Source of the DNA: Planktothrix sp. GU0601_MAG3
GTDB lineage: Bacteria; Cyanobacteriota; Cyanobacteriia; Cyanobacteriales; Microcoleaceae
Reading direction: 5' to 3'
Assembly: GCA_035193785.1 (NCBI GenBank)
Contig: CP136572.1
Coordinates: forward strand, 3,156,578 to 3,220,577
DNA: 64,000 nt
In this document: piece by piece, positions 46,673 to 58,037 of the stretch
Numbering within the stretch: the stretch's first letter is position 1
Layout of the letters: every line of letters begins with the position of its first letter
Position numbers and translations under genes: made by a program
The notes under the pieces: generated by a model
Told to the model about the DNA's origin: nothing
Database searches by the model: none
What the model saw: the letters and a program-made list of their open reading frames with translations, nothing else

Positions 46673-47230
46673 ATGAAAAAAGGCCGATTAATTGTGATGA
46701 CAGGCCCTAGCGGGGTCGGAAAAGGAACGTTGGTTCGTTCCCTATTAAAAGATCATCCTGAACTCCATTTATCTGTTTCCGTCACCACTCGTTCTCCCCG
46801 TCCGGGTGAAATCCCTGGACAAGATTACTATTTTGTTGATCGCCTTCGTTTTCAAAACATGATAGAAGGGGGAGAGTTATTGGAGTGGGCTGAATTTGCC
46901 GGGAATTGTTATGGAACTCCCTTAATTCCAGTTAAAGAAAAAATTGAGGCAGGAATATCCGTTTTATTGGAGATTGAGTTAGAAGGAGCTCGACAAATTC
47001 GTTCCACCTTTCCCTCGGCTTTACGCATTTTTATTATGCCTCCTTCTATTGATGAATTAGAACGTCGTTTACGGGGCAGAGGTCAGGATTCTGAAGATGC
47101 TATTCGACGGCGTTTGATGCGAGCAAAAGCGGAAATGGATGCAGCCAGTGAGTTTGATTTTGAAGTAATTAATGATGACTTGGATTTTGCGTTACGACGC
47201 CTAGAATCCGTGTTATATTCTGCTGTTTAA
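46673..47230 (+). CDS. gmk: Guanylate kinase
   Basis: [18 protein letters not shown] and YGT motifs. Confidence 0.96.
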   Translation: MKKGRLIVMTGPSGVGKGTLVRSLLKDHPELHLSVSVTTRSPRPGEIPGQDYYFVDRLRFQNMIEGGELLEWAEFAGNCYGTPLIPVKEKIEAGISVLLEIELEGARQIRSTFPSALRIFIMPPSIDELERRLRGRGQDSEDAIRRRLMRAKAEMDAASEFDFEVINDDLDFALRRLESVLYSAV

Positions 47231-47240
47231 GCTCAAAAAT

Positions 47241-48576
47241 ATGCCCCAGAAAGACCCGTTAAAACCCGATTCTTTAAATGTGATGGCAAAGGATGTCAAG
47301 TCGGCTGAATCCTATGCAAATTTAGGGCGTTTGCATGATCAGCAAGAACAATGGCAAGCGGCGATCGCCAATTATCGTCAGGCGATTAAATTAAATCCCC
47401 ATTGTTCTTGGTTTTATCACCATTTAGCGGATGTTTTTTTTAAACGGGAACAATGGCAAGATGCCATTACTAATTATCGTCATGCTATTAAACTTAATCC
47501 TAATTTTTCCGGGTCATATCATAATTTAGGCAATAGTTTATTAAAATTAAAACATTGGGAAGAAGCGGTTCATGTTTATCGGAAAGCCATAGAATTAAAC
47601 CCCCATTTTCATTGGTCTTATTGTAATTTAGCCGATGGGTTAATTCAACAAAAAAAATGGAATTTAGGGATTATTAATTATTGGAAAAGTTTAGTTATTC
47701 TTCACCAAACTAATCAAGAACAGGATTTTGTACTAATTGCGACTAAATTAGGGGAAACCCTGGAATATCATTTACCTGAAAAGTTTGATTTGGCGATCGC
47801 CCATTATCAAAAAGTGGTTCAAAATCATCAACAGTATCCTGAGTATCAAAGTATTATTCAATTTTTAAGTCAAAATCAAAGTGCATGGCTAAAAATTGCC
47901 GATTTTTTCCAGCAAAAATATCTGATCAATGCCGCTTTGATTTTATATAAAATGGCGATAGAATGTTATCCTGATCAGATATCTATTGCAGAAAAGTTTA
48001 ATACCCTATTACAGAAAAAAACTGAATTAGAAACATCAATTAATTTAAGACATCAAAATATTGATAAACACTCCCAGAAATGGTCTAAATATGATGATGG
48101 TATTACTAATATCACCACCAATAATTTTAATATTCCCTTAGCAACTCATCAACAACTCGAACAATTTATTTTTAGTACCGATATTAATTTTGACTTAAAC
48201 CAATTAGATCAACTCTTTGAAGCAGTCGGTTGGATGACTCGGGATCATGAAAACATGAAAACCGCCCTAGAAACACAGTTTTTTAGTTGTTACCCTTTGG
48301 TTTGTCACCCCCACCCAAAAACAGTTAATTGGGTTTACCCGGGCTGTTTCCGATCATGTTTATAATGCTACTCTTTGGGATGTAGTAATTCATCCAAATT
48401 TTCAAAATCAAGGATTAGGAAAGTCCTTAATTCGGTATACCTTAGAACAGCTACAATTGCAAAATATTGAAAATATTACGTTATTTGCTGGGAATAAAGC
48501 AGTTAATTTCTATCATAGTTTAGGGTTTATTACTGACCCAAATGGAATTAAAGGAATGTTTTGGGTTTCACCTTAA
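47241..48576 (+). CDS. TPR-repeat protein fused to a C-terminal Ycf52-like GNAT (+1 frameshift at 48270-48274)
   Basis: TPRs AI.LNP.F..SY.NL; continuation LIGFTRAVSDHVYNATLWDVVIHPNFQNQGLG...DPNGIKGMFW. Confidence 0.8.
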
Positions 48577-48597
48577 TCAAGGGATAAAAAGAGAATA

Positions 48598-48665
48598 AGA
48601 AACCGGGTTTCTGACTTTTATTTATGGGATCAAACCTAGATTTTTTGTTCGGAAACCGGGTTTCT
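48598..48665. repeat. Paired GAAACCGGGTTTCT palindromes between convergent genes
   Basis: Two copies seen directly. Confidence 0.7.
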
Positions 48666-48677
48666 GCATAAGTTTTG

Positions 48678-50039
48678 TTAGTGTTGAGAGATAATATAAT
48701 ATTTTAAAATTGAATTAATCTTTAGTAAAGAAGCGCTATGCTGATCTTTATGGCTAGTATCTTCTAACAAACAACGTCTTTTTAACGATTGTATAGCTTT
48801 TAATATATTTGTGGGTTGATCAGGGATTTCTTGTAAAACCTGCATCAAAGCAACTTCATTTTTTTGTTGGGCGAGATGGTTAATTACCTGTTTTTCTGAC
48901 TCGGTTAATCTACTCCATAAACGATTAAGCTGAGATGTTATTTCATTACTTAATATCAACTCAGGATAAGCTAAAAAATCTGTGACTCGGCCAGAAAATA
49001 GTTCTTGAATCATCGTGCCTGTCATTTCTAAGCATAAGGGATGACCTTGATATTTTTGAATTAAATCATGCCAATTGTCTTGATCTAATAATTCTTTATC
49101 TCTGAAAATTTTGGTAGCACAACCTCCCAATCCTGAAAGTTTTAATGATCTAAAAAATTTAGGACTATCGACTGTTAAATATTCGGGTTGTTCGCTGGTA
49201 ATTAATAAAAAACTACTGGAATGAGACAATTCAGCAATTTGTTTAAATAATAAATAATACCCTTCAAATTCGGGTTTATATTGACCTGCATATTGTCCGG
49301 TTTCAAAGAGCATTTGCAGATCATCAATAATAATTAAACAGCGATGTTTGCGGAGAAATTTCAGTAATAAATCGACTTGGCGATCTAGGGTATTCGGAAA
49401 AATAGCAGGAGAAACAACAGTTTCCAGTAAATCAGTTAAAAAATTCTCGATAGTTGGAGAATATTGGAGACTGCGATAAATAATATATTGAAATTCTGTT
49501 TGGATTTCTTCGATTAGTTTGATGGCAAGTGTCGTTTTTCCAATTCCGATCATACCAACTAAGGTAATGACACGGAGATGGTCTTGAATCAACCATGTTT
49601 TTAACCTATTAAGTTCATCCTCCCGCCCATAAAATTCGGTAATTTCTGGAGTTGCATCTAGGTCTAAATGGTTGTTTTCAGATGGTTTAAATAGAGGACA
49701 AGATTTAGGATCTTTCTTTTGTTTTGAACAAATACTGACTTGATGAAAACTAATAAAATTTCCAGATGAAACACTGTTATAGATAGTAATTTTTTCTAAA
49801 ATAGACCGTGCATTTGATTTATTAATATCTTCCCCTAAAGTTTCCGATAAAGTTTGCCATAATTCCGATGCAGTATCTCTAACATGACCTTCACTTAAAT
49901 GATTTTCTGATGCAATTTCGGTGTATTTATTGCCCTGTAATGTCCCTTTAAGAATTGTTTCTTGCAGAAGGTCTAAATGTTCGCCTGTATGGGTGAAAAG
50001 CAGTTGATCGGCAAGTTTCAATACTTCTGCAATATCCAT
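48678..50039 (-). CDS. N-terminal HTH plus NB-ARC (STAND) ATPase without C-terminal repeats
   Basis: HTH-like Y.EIA....SEGHVRD, FYGREDEL, Walker A GMIGIGKTT, Walker B LIIIDD, GHPL. Confidence 0.85.
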   Translation of the reverse strand: MDIAEVLKLADQLLFTHTGEHLDLLQETILKGTLQGNKYTEIASENHLSEGHVRDTASELWQTLSETLGEDINKSNARSILEKITIYNSVSSGNFISFHQVSICSKQKKDPKSCPLFKPSENNHLDLDATPEITEFYGREDELNRLKTWLIQDHLRVITLVGMIGIGKTTLAIKLIEEIQTEFQYIIYRSLQYSPTIENFLTDLLETVVSPAIFPNTLDRQVDLLLKFLRKHRCLIIIDDLQMLFETGQYAGQYKPEFEGYYLLFKQIAELSHSSSFLLITSEQPEYLTVDSPKFFRSLKLSGLGGCATKIFRDKELLDQDNWHDLIQKYQGHPLCLEMTGTMIQELFSGRVTDFLAYPELILSNEITSQLNRLWSRLTESEKQVINHLAQQKNEVALMQVLQEIPDQPTNILKAIQSLKRRCLLEDTSHKDQHSASLLKINSILKYYIISQH

Positions 50040-50063
50040 AGCGAGGTGAGACTGGTAGTTTTA

Positions 50064-50146
50064 TCTGATCTTATCCGATTTTTCCGATCTTTTTCCGACA
50101 TTTTGGAAATTTTTTAGAAAAAAGTTCCGACACGATCCGACTGACA
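50064..50146. promoter_or_regulatory. Helically phased TCCGA direct repeats in a divergent intergenic region
   Basis: TCYGA at 50064, 50074, 50083, 50094, 50126 and 50136. Confidence 0.55.
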
Positions 50147-50207
50147 AAGCGATCAGGCTTGAGTTTTAATCAAGAAATAAGACTTGATGAAATAGGAGAA
50201 ACTTACA

Positions 50208-50548
50208 ATGGCTGGTTTTGAAATTGCGTCTGAAGTAACTACTAAAGGAACCGATTTCGATGGTATACTAGACATTCTGATTGGTCTGATTGGACTTCTA
50301 CCACCGCTCCTGCTGGTTATGTAATTAATCAAAATGAGGTCAAGGTGGAATGGCTTTCTGATGCAGGGTCAGAAAATAGTTACGACATAATTTATGAAAA
50401 TTTGGTCGAAATCATACCAGGAACAAAGATTAAATTACCACAAACAATCAAGGTTCGGACTTATGCACGGAGTCCAAAGGGAATAGGTTGTACTGGTCGA
50501 GGTTGGTCAAAAATTAAAGTCACAGGAGAATTTACAAAGTATAAATGA
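50208..50548 (+). CDS. Hypothetical ~112-aa protein (2-nt insertion at GTATAC 50263-50268)
   Basis: AGGAGA RBS; corrected MAGFEIASEVTTKGTDFDGTRHSDWSDWTSTTAPAGYVINQNEVKVEWLSD... joins the 50345 ORF. Confidence 0.7.
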
Positions 50549-50680
50549 ATTGCAATTACTACTGAATATTGACGGCTTGGTGATGCCCAGTTTAGTGACA
50601 AGATAAGCGGTTACTGCATCTGAATTACTGGTTTTACAATTAGTTTTTTTGCTCTATAATTCGCAATTGAGGTCGGAAAG

Positions 50681-51147
50681 ATGGTTACAAAGCATCTAAG
50701 TTTTGTTAGTAAATTAGTTGGTTTAAGTGCCATAGGTGTACTCATTCCCATGTTCTCAACCATGGCTCAAACCCAGTGGCCATCTGGTTATTACAGTTTA
50801 AGTGGCAATGTTTATGCCTTGAATGCTAATAACTCAACCTACTGCTATGTTCAAAGTCCAACTCAAATGAATCTTTTTGGGGGGTTTAGCAAAGTGCGAG
50901 CAGTCGGTATACAGATAGTTTCAAGGCTGGATCTAGAGACGTAGGTAAATGTGGCTGGCCCAATGGCTTTTATCGCAAACAAAGCAAACCTGAAGTATAT
51001 GGCCTTAATGATAAACAGGCTTGTTATGTAAATAGTCCTCAGATGATGGATGCTTACGGTGGATTTAAACGAGTAAGAGTAGTTGAAGATTCTGTCGATC
51101 TTTTCGCACAGCGTAAGCTTGTAGGTGACTGCATATGGCCACGTTGA
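50681..51147 (+). CDS. Secreted protein with two Cys-containing repeats (2-nt insertion at GTATAC 50907-50912)
   Basis: Signal peptide; the repeat WP.G.Y...VY.LN...CYV.SP..M..(F/Y)GGF..VR.V occurs twice after correction. Confidence 0.75.
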
Positions 51148-51307
51148 TAAGCTGAATTGGCTATATTTTTTAAATGCTCAACAGCTTAAAGCAACGACGA
51201 ATGAAACATTCCGGTTTGTTTTTATTGAGATAGGTACTGTTGATAAACGTAACCTATCTTTTTTACACTTTCCTTACAGACTCTTTAGCTTTCTTTTTAC
51301 TCGTTTT

Positions 51308-51883
51308 TTATTCTGCAATTAAAATTTGCTCAACAGTTAAATTAAGATCGGGGAATAGCTGAGAAATAATTCTTTGTTGACCTATAAAAATAGTATTTTG
51401 ATAACTTCCATTTATCAGAAAATTAACAATAATTTGCTCTGTTAAAGGATCAATAATCCAATATTCAGAAATCCCAAACTCCGCATATTCAGTCATCTTT
51501 TTAATATAATCTCGGTTTTCGTTATCTTCCCCAGGACTCACAACTTCTACTACTAATAAAGCCGGAACTTCCATAATTGCTGATTTTTTAAATTGTCGTA
51601 ACCGTCGCCAATCTTCCCCTTGAATAATAGCAATATCCGGTTGTCGGGAGCGACTTAATCTAGTTCGTATCCCCACATCTCCCTGTTTGACTTTTAAGTC
51701 TAACCCCAGTCTTTTTACCTCAGCTTTGAAAGTATCATAGAGGAATTCAACAATATCAGAATGAATCGGACTCGCAGGTGTCATCGGAATTAACACCCCA
51801 TCTTCAAGCTCATAACGATTATCTGTTCCGTCATCGTAGGTTAAATACTCCTCAAAGGTTAATTTTACAGGGGTTTGAGTCAT
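51308..51883 (-). CDS. Uma2 family (DUF820) putative endonuclease
   Basis: RYELEDGVL, PD, LVVEVVSPG and EYWIIDP motifs. Confidence 0.9.
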   Translation of the reverse strand: MTQTPVKLTFEEYLTYDDGTDNRYELEDGVLIPMTPASPIHSDIVEFLYDTFKAEVKRLGLDLKVKQGDVGIRTRLSRSRQPDIAIIQGEDWRRLRQFKKSAIMEVPALLVVEVVSPGEDNENRDYIKKMTEYAEFGISEYWIIDPLTEQIIVNFLINGSYQNTIFIGQQRIISQLFPDLNLTVEQILIAE

Positions 51884-51998
51884 GTTGTTACCTCAACTTT
51901 GTAACATCCCTTTTCTATTCATTATTAAGTATAACGTTGTTGGGCTTCAACCCTCAAGTTCTGAGAGTGCTAAAGCCCAACAATAAACTATCTTCTGA

Positions 51999-54882
51999 TT
52001 AATTTTTTATTCTTCTTTCTCCATAACGCAATAACATATTAATACTCGCCAAACGATTTCCCCAACTAGAGACTTGATAGGGACGTTCTAAGGCTTGTAA
52101 ACGCATAGAAGTTTGGAATTGTTTTTGGAAAGTTGCTAACTTTTGTTGAGCGATTCCTAAAGTTTGAGCAGAAGGATTATCCTCTAACTGTTTTAAAGTT
52201 TGCGCTAAATCTTCCGCTTGAATACTCAAGGATTTTAATTCCTCATCTCGTATCCAAAGTTGTTCATTTGCTAAAAGGAAACTCCATTCTCGTTTTAAGG
52301 CTAAATAGCGATCTCGCGCCGCAGCAAAAGGCTGGCGATAGGGAATGGGAGGTTGAGTTTTCGAGGAATTATTTTGAGTTCTGTATAAATAGTTTTGGAG
52401 ATTATTACCAATACTATCAACGGCAAAAATTGAGTATCCTCCCGTGGGTAAATCCCGTAAAGATTGTAATTGATCAATGGCGACAATTTCAGGAATATTC
52501 AATAATTTAATCGAGGGACTAATTAACGCCGACCCTAACTTTTGTTCCTGGGTTAAAGGTCGAGTAATTCGTTGTAAACGGTTGGTATCCATCGCATAGG
52601 TCATCGGAACAATTAAATCCACATAACCTTTTTTTGCCCAAACTTCCCATTGTTGTTGAATTTTCATAATCCTTTCCTGTTCAGGATTAGAAAACACCGC
52701 CACTGATAAAATTACATTGGGTTTTTGTTGCTTCAAAAAGTGCGAAACTTCCGCCACAAAAGAGGTAACTTGTTCAGTTTTAAATTGTAGCCATTGAGTC
52801 CACAATTGATTATTCTTGGGCGTAATATTAACCGGATCAACTCCTGTTAATTGTTGGAATTGTTCCCGTCCAGCTTTCCCATAACCATAGGTGTAACTTC
52901 CGCTTGGATCTTGGAACGGATAGCGAATATAATCTAACTGCAAGCCATCGACATTATAGGCGGTAATTTCATTAATTAAACGCATTAAATACGCCCTAGC
53001 TTCTCGGTTAGCCGGATCGAGATAAACTTTGCGATCGCGGCTATTTCTTAACTCTCCATAATTATTAATATTGACCCAATCAGGATGGGCTTGAATTACC
53101 GGACTTAAAAAACTACTAGGTTGTCCTAAAAGTTGGTTATGGCGATCATTTCCCACCGCAAAAACCCAAATCCAGGCGTGTAATTCCATACCCCGTTGGT
53201 GAGCTAATTTCACCGCCGATTCTAGGGGGTTCCAACCTTGTGTTAAAGGATTTTGTGCGGGCGCAACTCGACTGGGATAAATTGGATAACCAGCATTAAT
53301 TGTTTCAAAATAAACCGTATTAATTCCCGCCGAGGCTAACCGATCAAAAACCTGCGCTAGTCCCGCTTCATTTCTGGCTTTAACAATAGTTCCTCGGTCT
53401 AACCAAACTGCCCGAATTTCTGCCCCTAATCGTTCTCCTTCCGTGGGATAATGTTGCCATAATTGTTGACGAATTTCTAACCATTGCTGGCGAGCTTCTG
53501 TCCAATTTTGTTGCGCGACTAATTGCGGAAAATTCTTAATTATTTCTCTGGCTTGGGTAATAATTTGATCGGATTTTTTGAAGTTAGCACTGGCTAAACT
53601 TCCTCCGGTTTCAGCGATTAATTGAGTAGATGCGACTTGTAAATTAATCGGAATATTCCCCGAATTTGAAGCAATTAAAGCATTTTCAAAACGTCCTAAT
53701 AAATCTATTAATTCCTGACGCATGGCGATCGCCGTTAATTCCTCAATGGGTTGATTTCCCGGGGTGACTTCTAACCCAGCCGGAGCCGTTTGTTCGGAAG
53801 GGTCAATAAAGCCACCCGGAACCGCCGGAGTATTCGGTAATGTCCGAGTCGCCGTTAAGCTAGGGGCGGGGGGCGTAGTTGAACGCGGGGGGGAAACCGG
53901 AGTCTGGGGAACCATCACAGGTGTCACCGGGCGTGGAGATGGGACGGTGGCCGTTGGCTGTATTCTGGGTGTGGTGGGTTGGGGGAGGGGTGCAGGAGCA
54001 GGACGAGTGGCTGTTGCTGGGGCTGTAAGAGCCGGACGGGTAGCCATTACTGGGAGCGGTGCAGGAGCGGGACGGGTGGCCGTTGTCGGGGCTGTAAGAG
54101 CCGGACGGCTGGCCGTTGGGGGCGGGACGGTCGCGGTGGCGACGGGGTTTGTCGGGTTTCCAGCCAAACCATGACGACTGACCGCCGCTTGTAACCAAGC
54201 AATATCAACCTCCGCCGAAGATTGATTTCCCCAGCGCCAGCCTAAATAGGTGGCTTTTTGAGTAGTAATAACGGCGGGAGAACTCCCACTAGCTTCCCAA
54301 ATTCCGGCGGTATAACTTTCTAAGGTGGTGGGAATTAAAACCCCTCCGTCAACGGCGTTAGCATTGGCTTGATCTGGCCCCCAAGTTGTTAGGGAAGCGC
54401 AGAGGGGATCTTTGGTTCGACAGCGATTTTTAACGGTTTGGGGTTTAGCGGGAAACTGTGAGGGGAAAAGCCCAATAGGAACCTAAAATTGCTCGCAACA
54501 ATTGACGCACTAACGGGGTAGATTTTTCGGCGATCGGGCCACTGGCGATCACCTGTCCTCCTTGTTTTGCCCACTCTTGCAGAATTTTGGCTTGTTCGGT
54601 TTTAATAACAGTTATATTAGGGAGGAATAAAATTCTAATTCCCTGGAGATCGGCGGGGCTTTCAATATTGTTTAAGTCCAGGGTTTGATAAGGGATTCGA
54701 CTGGCTTTTAAGCGTTGTTCAATACTATTCCATTCTGTGGTTTTTTCTGAATCACGAATTACCCCTAATGGTTCATTTATTTGGCTTAAGCAAGTTAATG
54801 GAATTGATAATTGTAAAATTGTACTAGCAAGAGTTCCAAGGATAATCTGTTGGAAAAACCTTTGCGATCGCCGTTGAACCAT
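51999..54882 (-). CDS. Secreted GHL10/DUF187 glycosyl-hydrolase-like protein with a Pro/Thr/Ala linker (+1 frameshift at 54452-54456)
   Basis: EIRAVWLDRG, ELHAW, DGLQLDYIRYP; linker contains RPALTAP..ATRPAPAPLP twice. Confidence 0.87.
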
Positions 54883-55257
54883 TGGTTTATATTGGTTTTT
54901 TAATGATAAAATCAACTTAGGTAAAATAGCACATATAGACAGAATTATCAAGCCTTTTTTTTGAGCTAGACCTTTAATTCTGCCAAATTCTCTCCCTTTC
55001 CAACTCCACGCCCCTAAAATTGGACGAGGATCATAGAAATCCTAACTATTCTACCAGGTATCTGTATTGAAGGGAATTAAACTAGAAAAATAATGTATTT
55101 CAAAAACTTGTATTTTTTCGGCTGAATATCCTATTGACTCACAAAAAAACCAAACTGCTACCCACCGGGAATTTGGTAGCGATCGCGCCCAATAATTGTA
55201 GCAGATGTTTAAGGATTTCTTATTATTTGAAATGTCCTGATATCGCTCCTTTTCTAT

Positions 55258-55300
55258 TAGGGGCGATCGGTTTTTATTTGGAAGATGCGATCGCCCCTAA
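55258..55300. terminator. HIP1-containing inverted repeat after gldA
   Basis: TAGGGGCGATCG ... CGATCGCCCCTA. Confidence 0.55.
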
Positions 55301-55317
55301 ATTATTAGAAGATCAAC

Positions 55318-56413
55318 CTAGAATTGTTTCCGCCGCCGTCCTTGGGCATCCGCAGCCAACATCGCCGATAACACGGCTTCAGGGCTGATTTCACAGGGTT
55401 CATTATAAATGGTTTCACCCGTACCACAGGCACGCTCTGCCGCCAACCATAAGCGATCGCGACTGACTCCTTCGAGTCCGATATCGGCTAAAGTCGTAGG
55501 CAGTCCGATGGATTCATAAAAACTGAACACCTGATCAATCACTGGACTGGGGCGATCAGTTAAAATCAACATCGCCAAAACCCCAAAGGCGACTTTTTCA
55601 CCGTGCCAGAATTTTTTGGTTTCTTCCAAAACCGTAAACCCATTATGAATCGCATGGGCCGCCGCTAGTCCGCCACTTTCAAAACCTAGCCCACTCAGCA
55701 AGGTATTCGCTTCGATAATTCGTTTCCAGGGCCGGAGTAACTACCTGTTGTTCACAGGCAATTTTTCCATAAACCCCGTATTCGAGCAAGGTTTCATAAC
55801 ACAAATGAGCCAAACTAAAAGCGGTCATTGGCCCCATACGTCCGGTCATATTTTTGGCCCGTTTGATTTGACAGTCTTCGGCTTCAAACCAAGTTGCCAG
55901 GGCATCCCCCATCCCGGCCACCAAGAACCGTACCGGAGCTTGGGCAATAATATAGGTATCGACCAAAACTAAGTCAGGGTTGCGCGGTAATACTAGATAA
56001 CGATCCCAGACTCCTTCCGGGGTATAAATCACCGATAAGGCACTACAGGGGGCATCAGTGGAAGCAATGGTCGGAACAATCGCAACGGGAAGTTTTAGTT
56101 GATAGGCGGTCGCTTTAGCCGTGTCGATGGTTTTTCCGCCTCCAATCCCCACAATTAAATCTACTCCTTGAGCAGCCCCTAAACTGACCATGTGTTCAAT
56201 TTCAGGATCGCAACATTCACCCCCAAAACGTTCCAGATAAACCTCTATTTTTCCTTGGGTGAATTCTTCAATAATGGGTTGCAATTTCGGAAAAATTACT
56301 GGCCCCATCATCACCAGGGCTTTGCGACCTAAACGACTCAATTCTTCACCCAGGAACCGGATGGCATGACTGCCTTGAACATATCGGGCTGGGAAAATCG
56401 CTGTAGTAATCAC
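55318..56413 (-). CDS. gldA: Glycerol dehydrogenase (+1 frameshift at 55722-55726)
   Basis: GGGKTIDTAK, PTIASTDAPCS, GMGDALATWFE, AHAIHNG, HGEKVAFG; GTG start with AAGGAG RBS. Confidence 0.9.
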
Positions 56414-56654
56414 GGTTTGCTCCTTGTTCAAAACGAACACTCTTACTCACCGTAGAAATCAGGAACGACAAACAATAACTGATTTTGCCTTGGTTCCAGT
56501 TCATGCCATATATTATAAACTATCACTCCTAAACTAACAAGAATTGACAATAATTTGTTACAATTATTTCGCTAGTCAAACTCCTTTAGCTAAAGCTAAT
56601 TATCGTTGTTCGTTGTTGGGATGAGTGCCCTGTCTTTTTTATGGGTCTTAGCAG

Positions 56655-56761
56655 TAAGTAGGTAGGCGTAATTAAACCTAACTATGTAGATAGGGTAAAC
56701 CCTTGCTGTAAATAGCTTTTGGCCACAATGGGACGGTGGGGTATTCTCGCCCACCTACTTA
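56655..56761. mobile_element. MITE with TAAGTAGGT(A/G)GGCG terminal inverted repeats
   Basis: TAAGTAGGTAGGCG ... CGCCCACCTACTTA; 107 bp, no ORF. Confidence 0.75.
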
Positions 56762-56886
56762 ACAAACAAAATCCCCCAGTTGTTGGGCTTGAATTATGTC
56801 TTTTTTGGGGACACTCATTCCAACAACAAGGGGTTTATTTGATATTTGTAAAAAAAGGTGCAAAACTTAATTTTAAAATACCCTAA

Positions 56887-58037
56887 TTACACAAAAAACT
56901 CACTCCCATTATTAGGGTAAATTGTATTATTCCCGTTACCACTAAACATCATGGGAGACAGGGCTTTGCTATAGAGGATGTCATTATCTTGAAGACTACT
57001 GAGCATAACTTCAGGGCTACTGAGTAATGCTCGATTAGGTGCGATCAGATTAGCAGTTGCACTTTCAGCTTTTAGACTGATATTATCAAAGCCAATTTCT
57101 GTACCTTGGTTTGTATTTAAGTTCACTAAGCGAATCCCCAGGTTTTCACCGGTCAGGGGATCAGCAGCACCAGTTGCGGGAGTTGAGGTAAAAAACCCGT
57201 TGGGTGATTGAGTCGCAGTCCGTAAGCTGGGATTGCTGATAATACCATCAATTAGCGTAATCCCATCGGTGCTCTGGCTCGGTAAAACTATATAGCCTTC
57301 ACCGGCTAACAGGGTTACGGTATACTGACTTCATCCCCTTCGACTACATTATCAGGTATCCCAGTTAGGATGAGTTTGGCTTCGGTGGCACCTGGGGCAA
57401 TGGTGAGGCCAGCAGGTCTCTTGGTGACCGGATCCATTTGAGTGGTTAGATTTTCACTCTTAGTGTTGCTGACATCTCCCCCGGCATTATCGCTGTCGAG
57501 GGCACTGATATTCAGATTCAGCCCGGTGCTGGGTGCAGGCTGACTGAGTTTGATGGTGAAAGTCCCTACCCCACCATTTTCAGCGATCGCATTTGGACTA
57601 GCCGTGACACTCACCACGAGTTTCTCAGTCACTGTAATCGCATCGGTGCTAAAGCCGGGTGCAACGGTATAGCCTGTACCGGGTAACAAGCTGAGGGTAC
57701 TGACTTCATCCCCTTCGACTAGAGCATCAGGTATGCCTGTCAGGATGAGTCTGGCTTCGGTGGCACCTGGGACAATGGTGAGGGCAGCAGGTTTCTTGGT
57801 GACCGGATCTGTTTGAATGCTTAGATTTGTACTCTTTTCATTGGTGACATCTGGCCCGGCATTATCGCTGTCGAGGGCACTGATATTCAGCTTCAGCCCG
57901 GTGCTGGGTGCAGGCTCACTCAGTTTGATGATGAAAGCCCCTATCCCACCATTTTCAGAGATGATAGTTCGATTGACTTTGACGCTGACTATGGGATTAG
58001 TCAAGGTATCGGCGTTAAGTGGCACGGGATGGCTCAT
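56887..58037 (-). CDS. Surface/adhesin-like protein with two 125-aa Calx-beta-like repeats (2-nt insertion at GTATAC 57320-57325)
   Basis: 375-nt direct repeat; ENGG...F.I.LS and D..VEGDE...L.L..G.GY.V; correction joins the 56887 ORF in frame. Confidence 0.72.

Noticed and set aside
53764..54198. Overlapping alternative-frame ORFs in the GC-rich linker, and similar short antisense ORFs elsewhere
   Set aside because: Shadow ORFs of low-complexity or genuine coding sequence.
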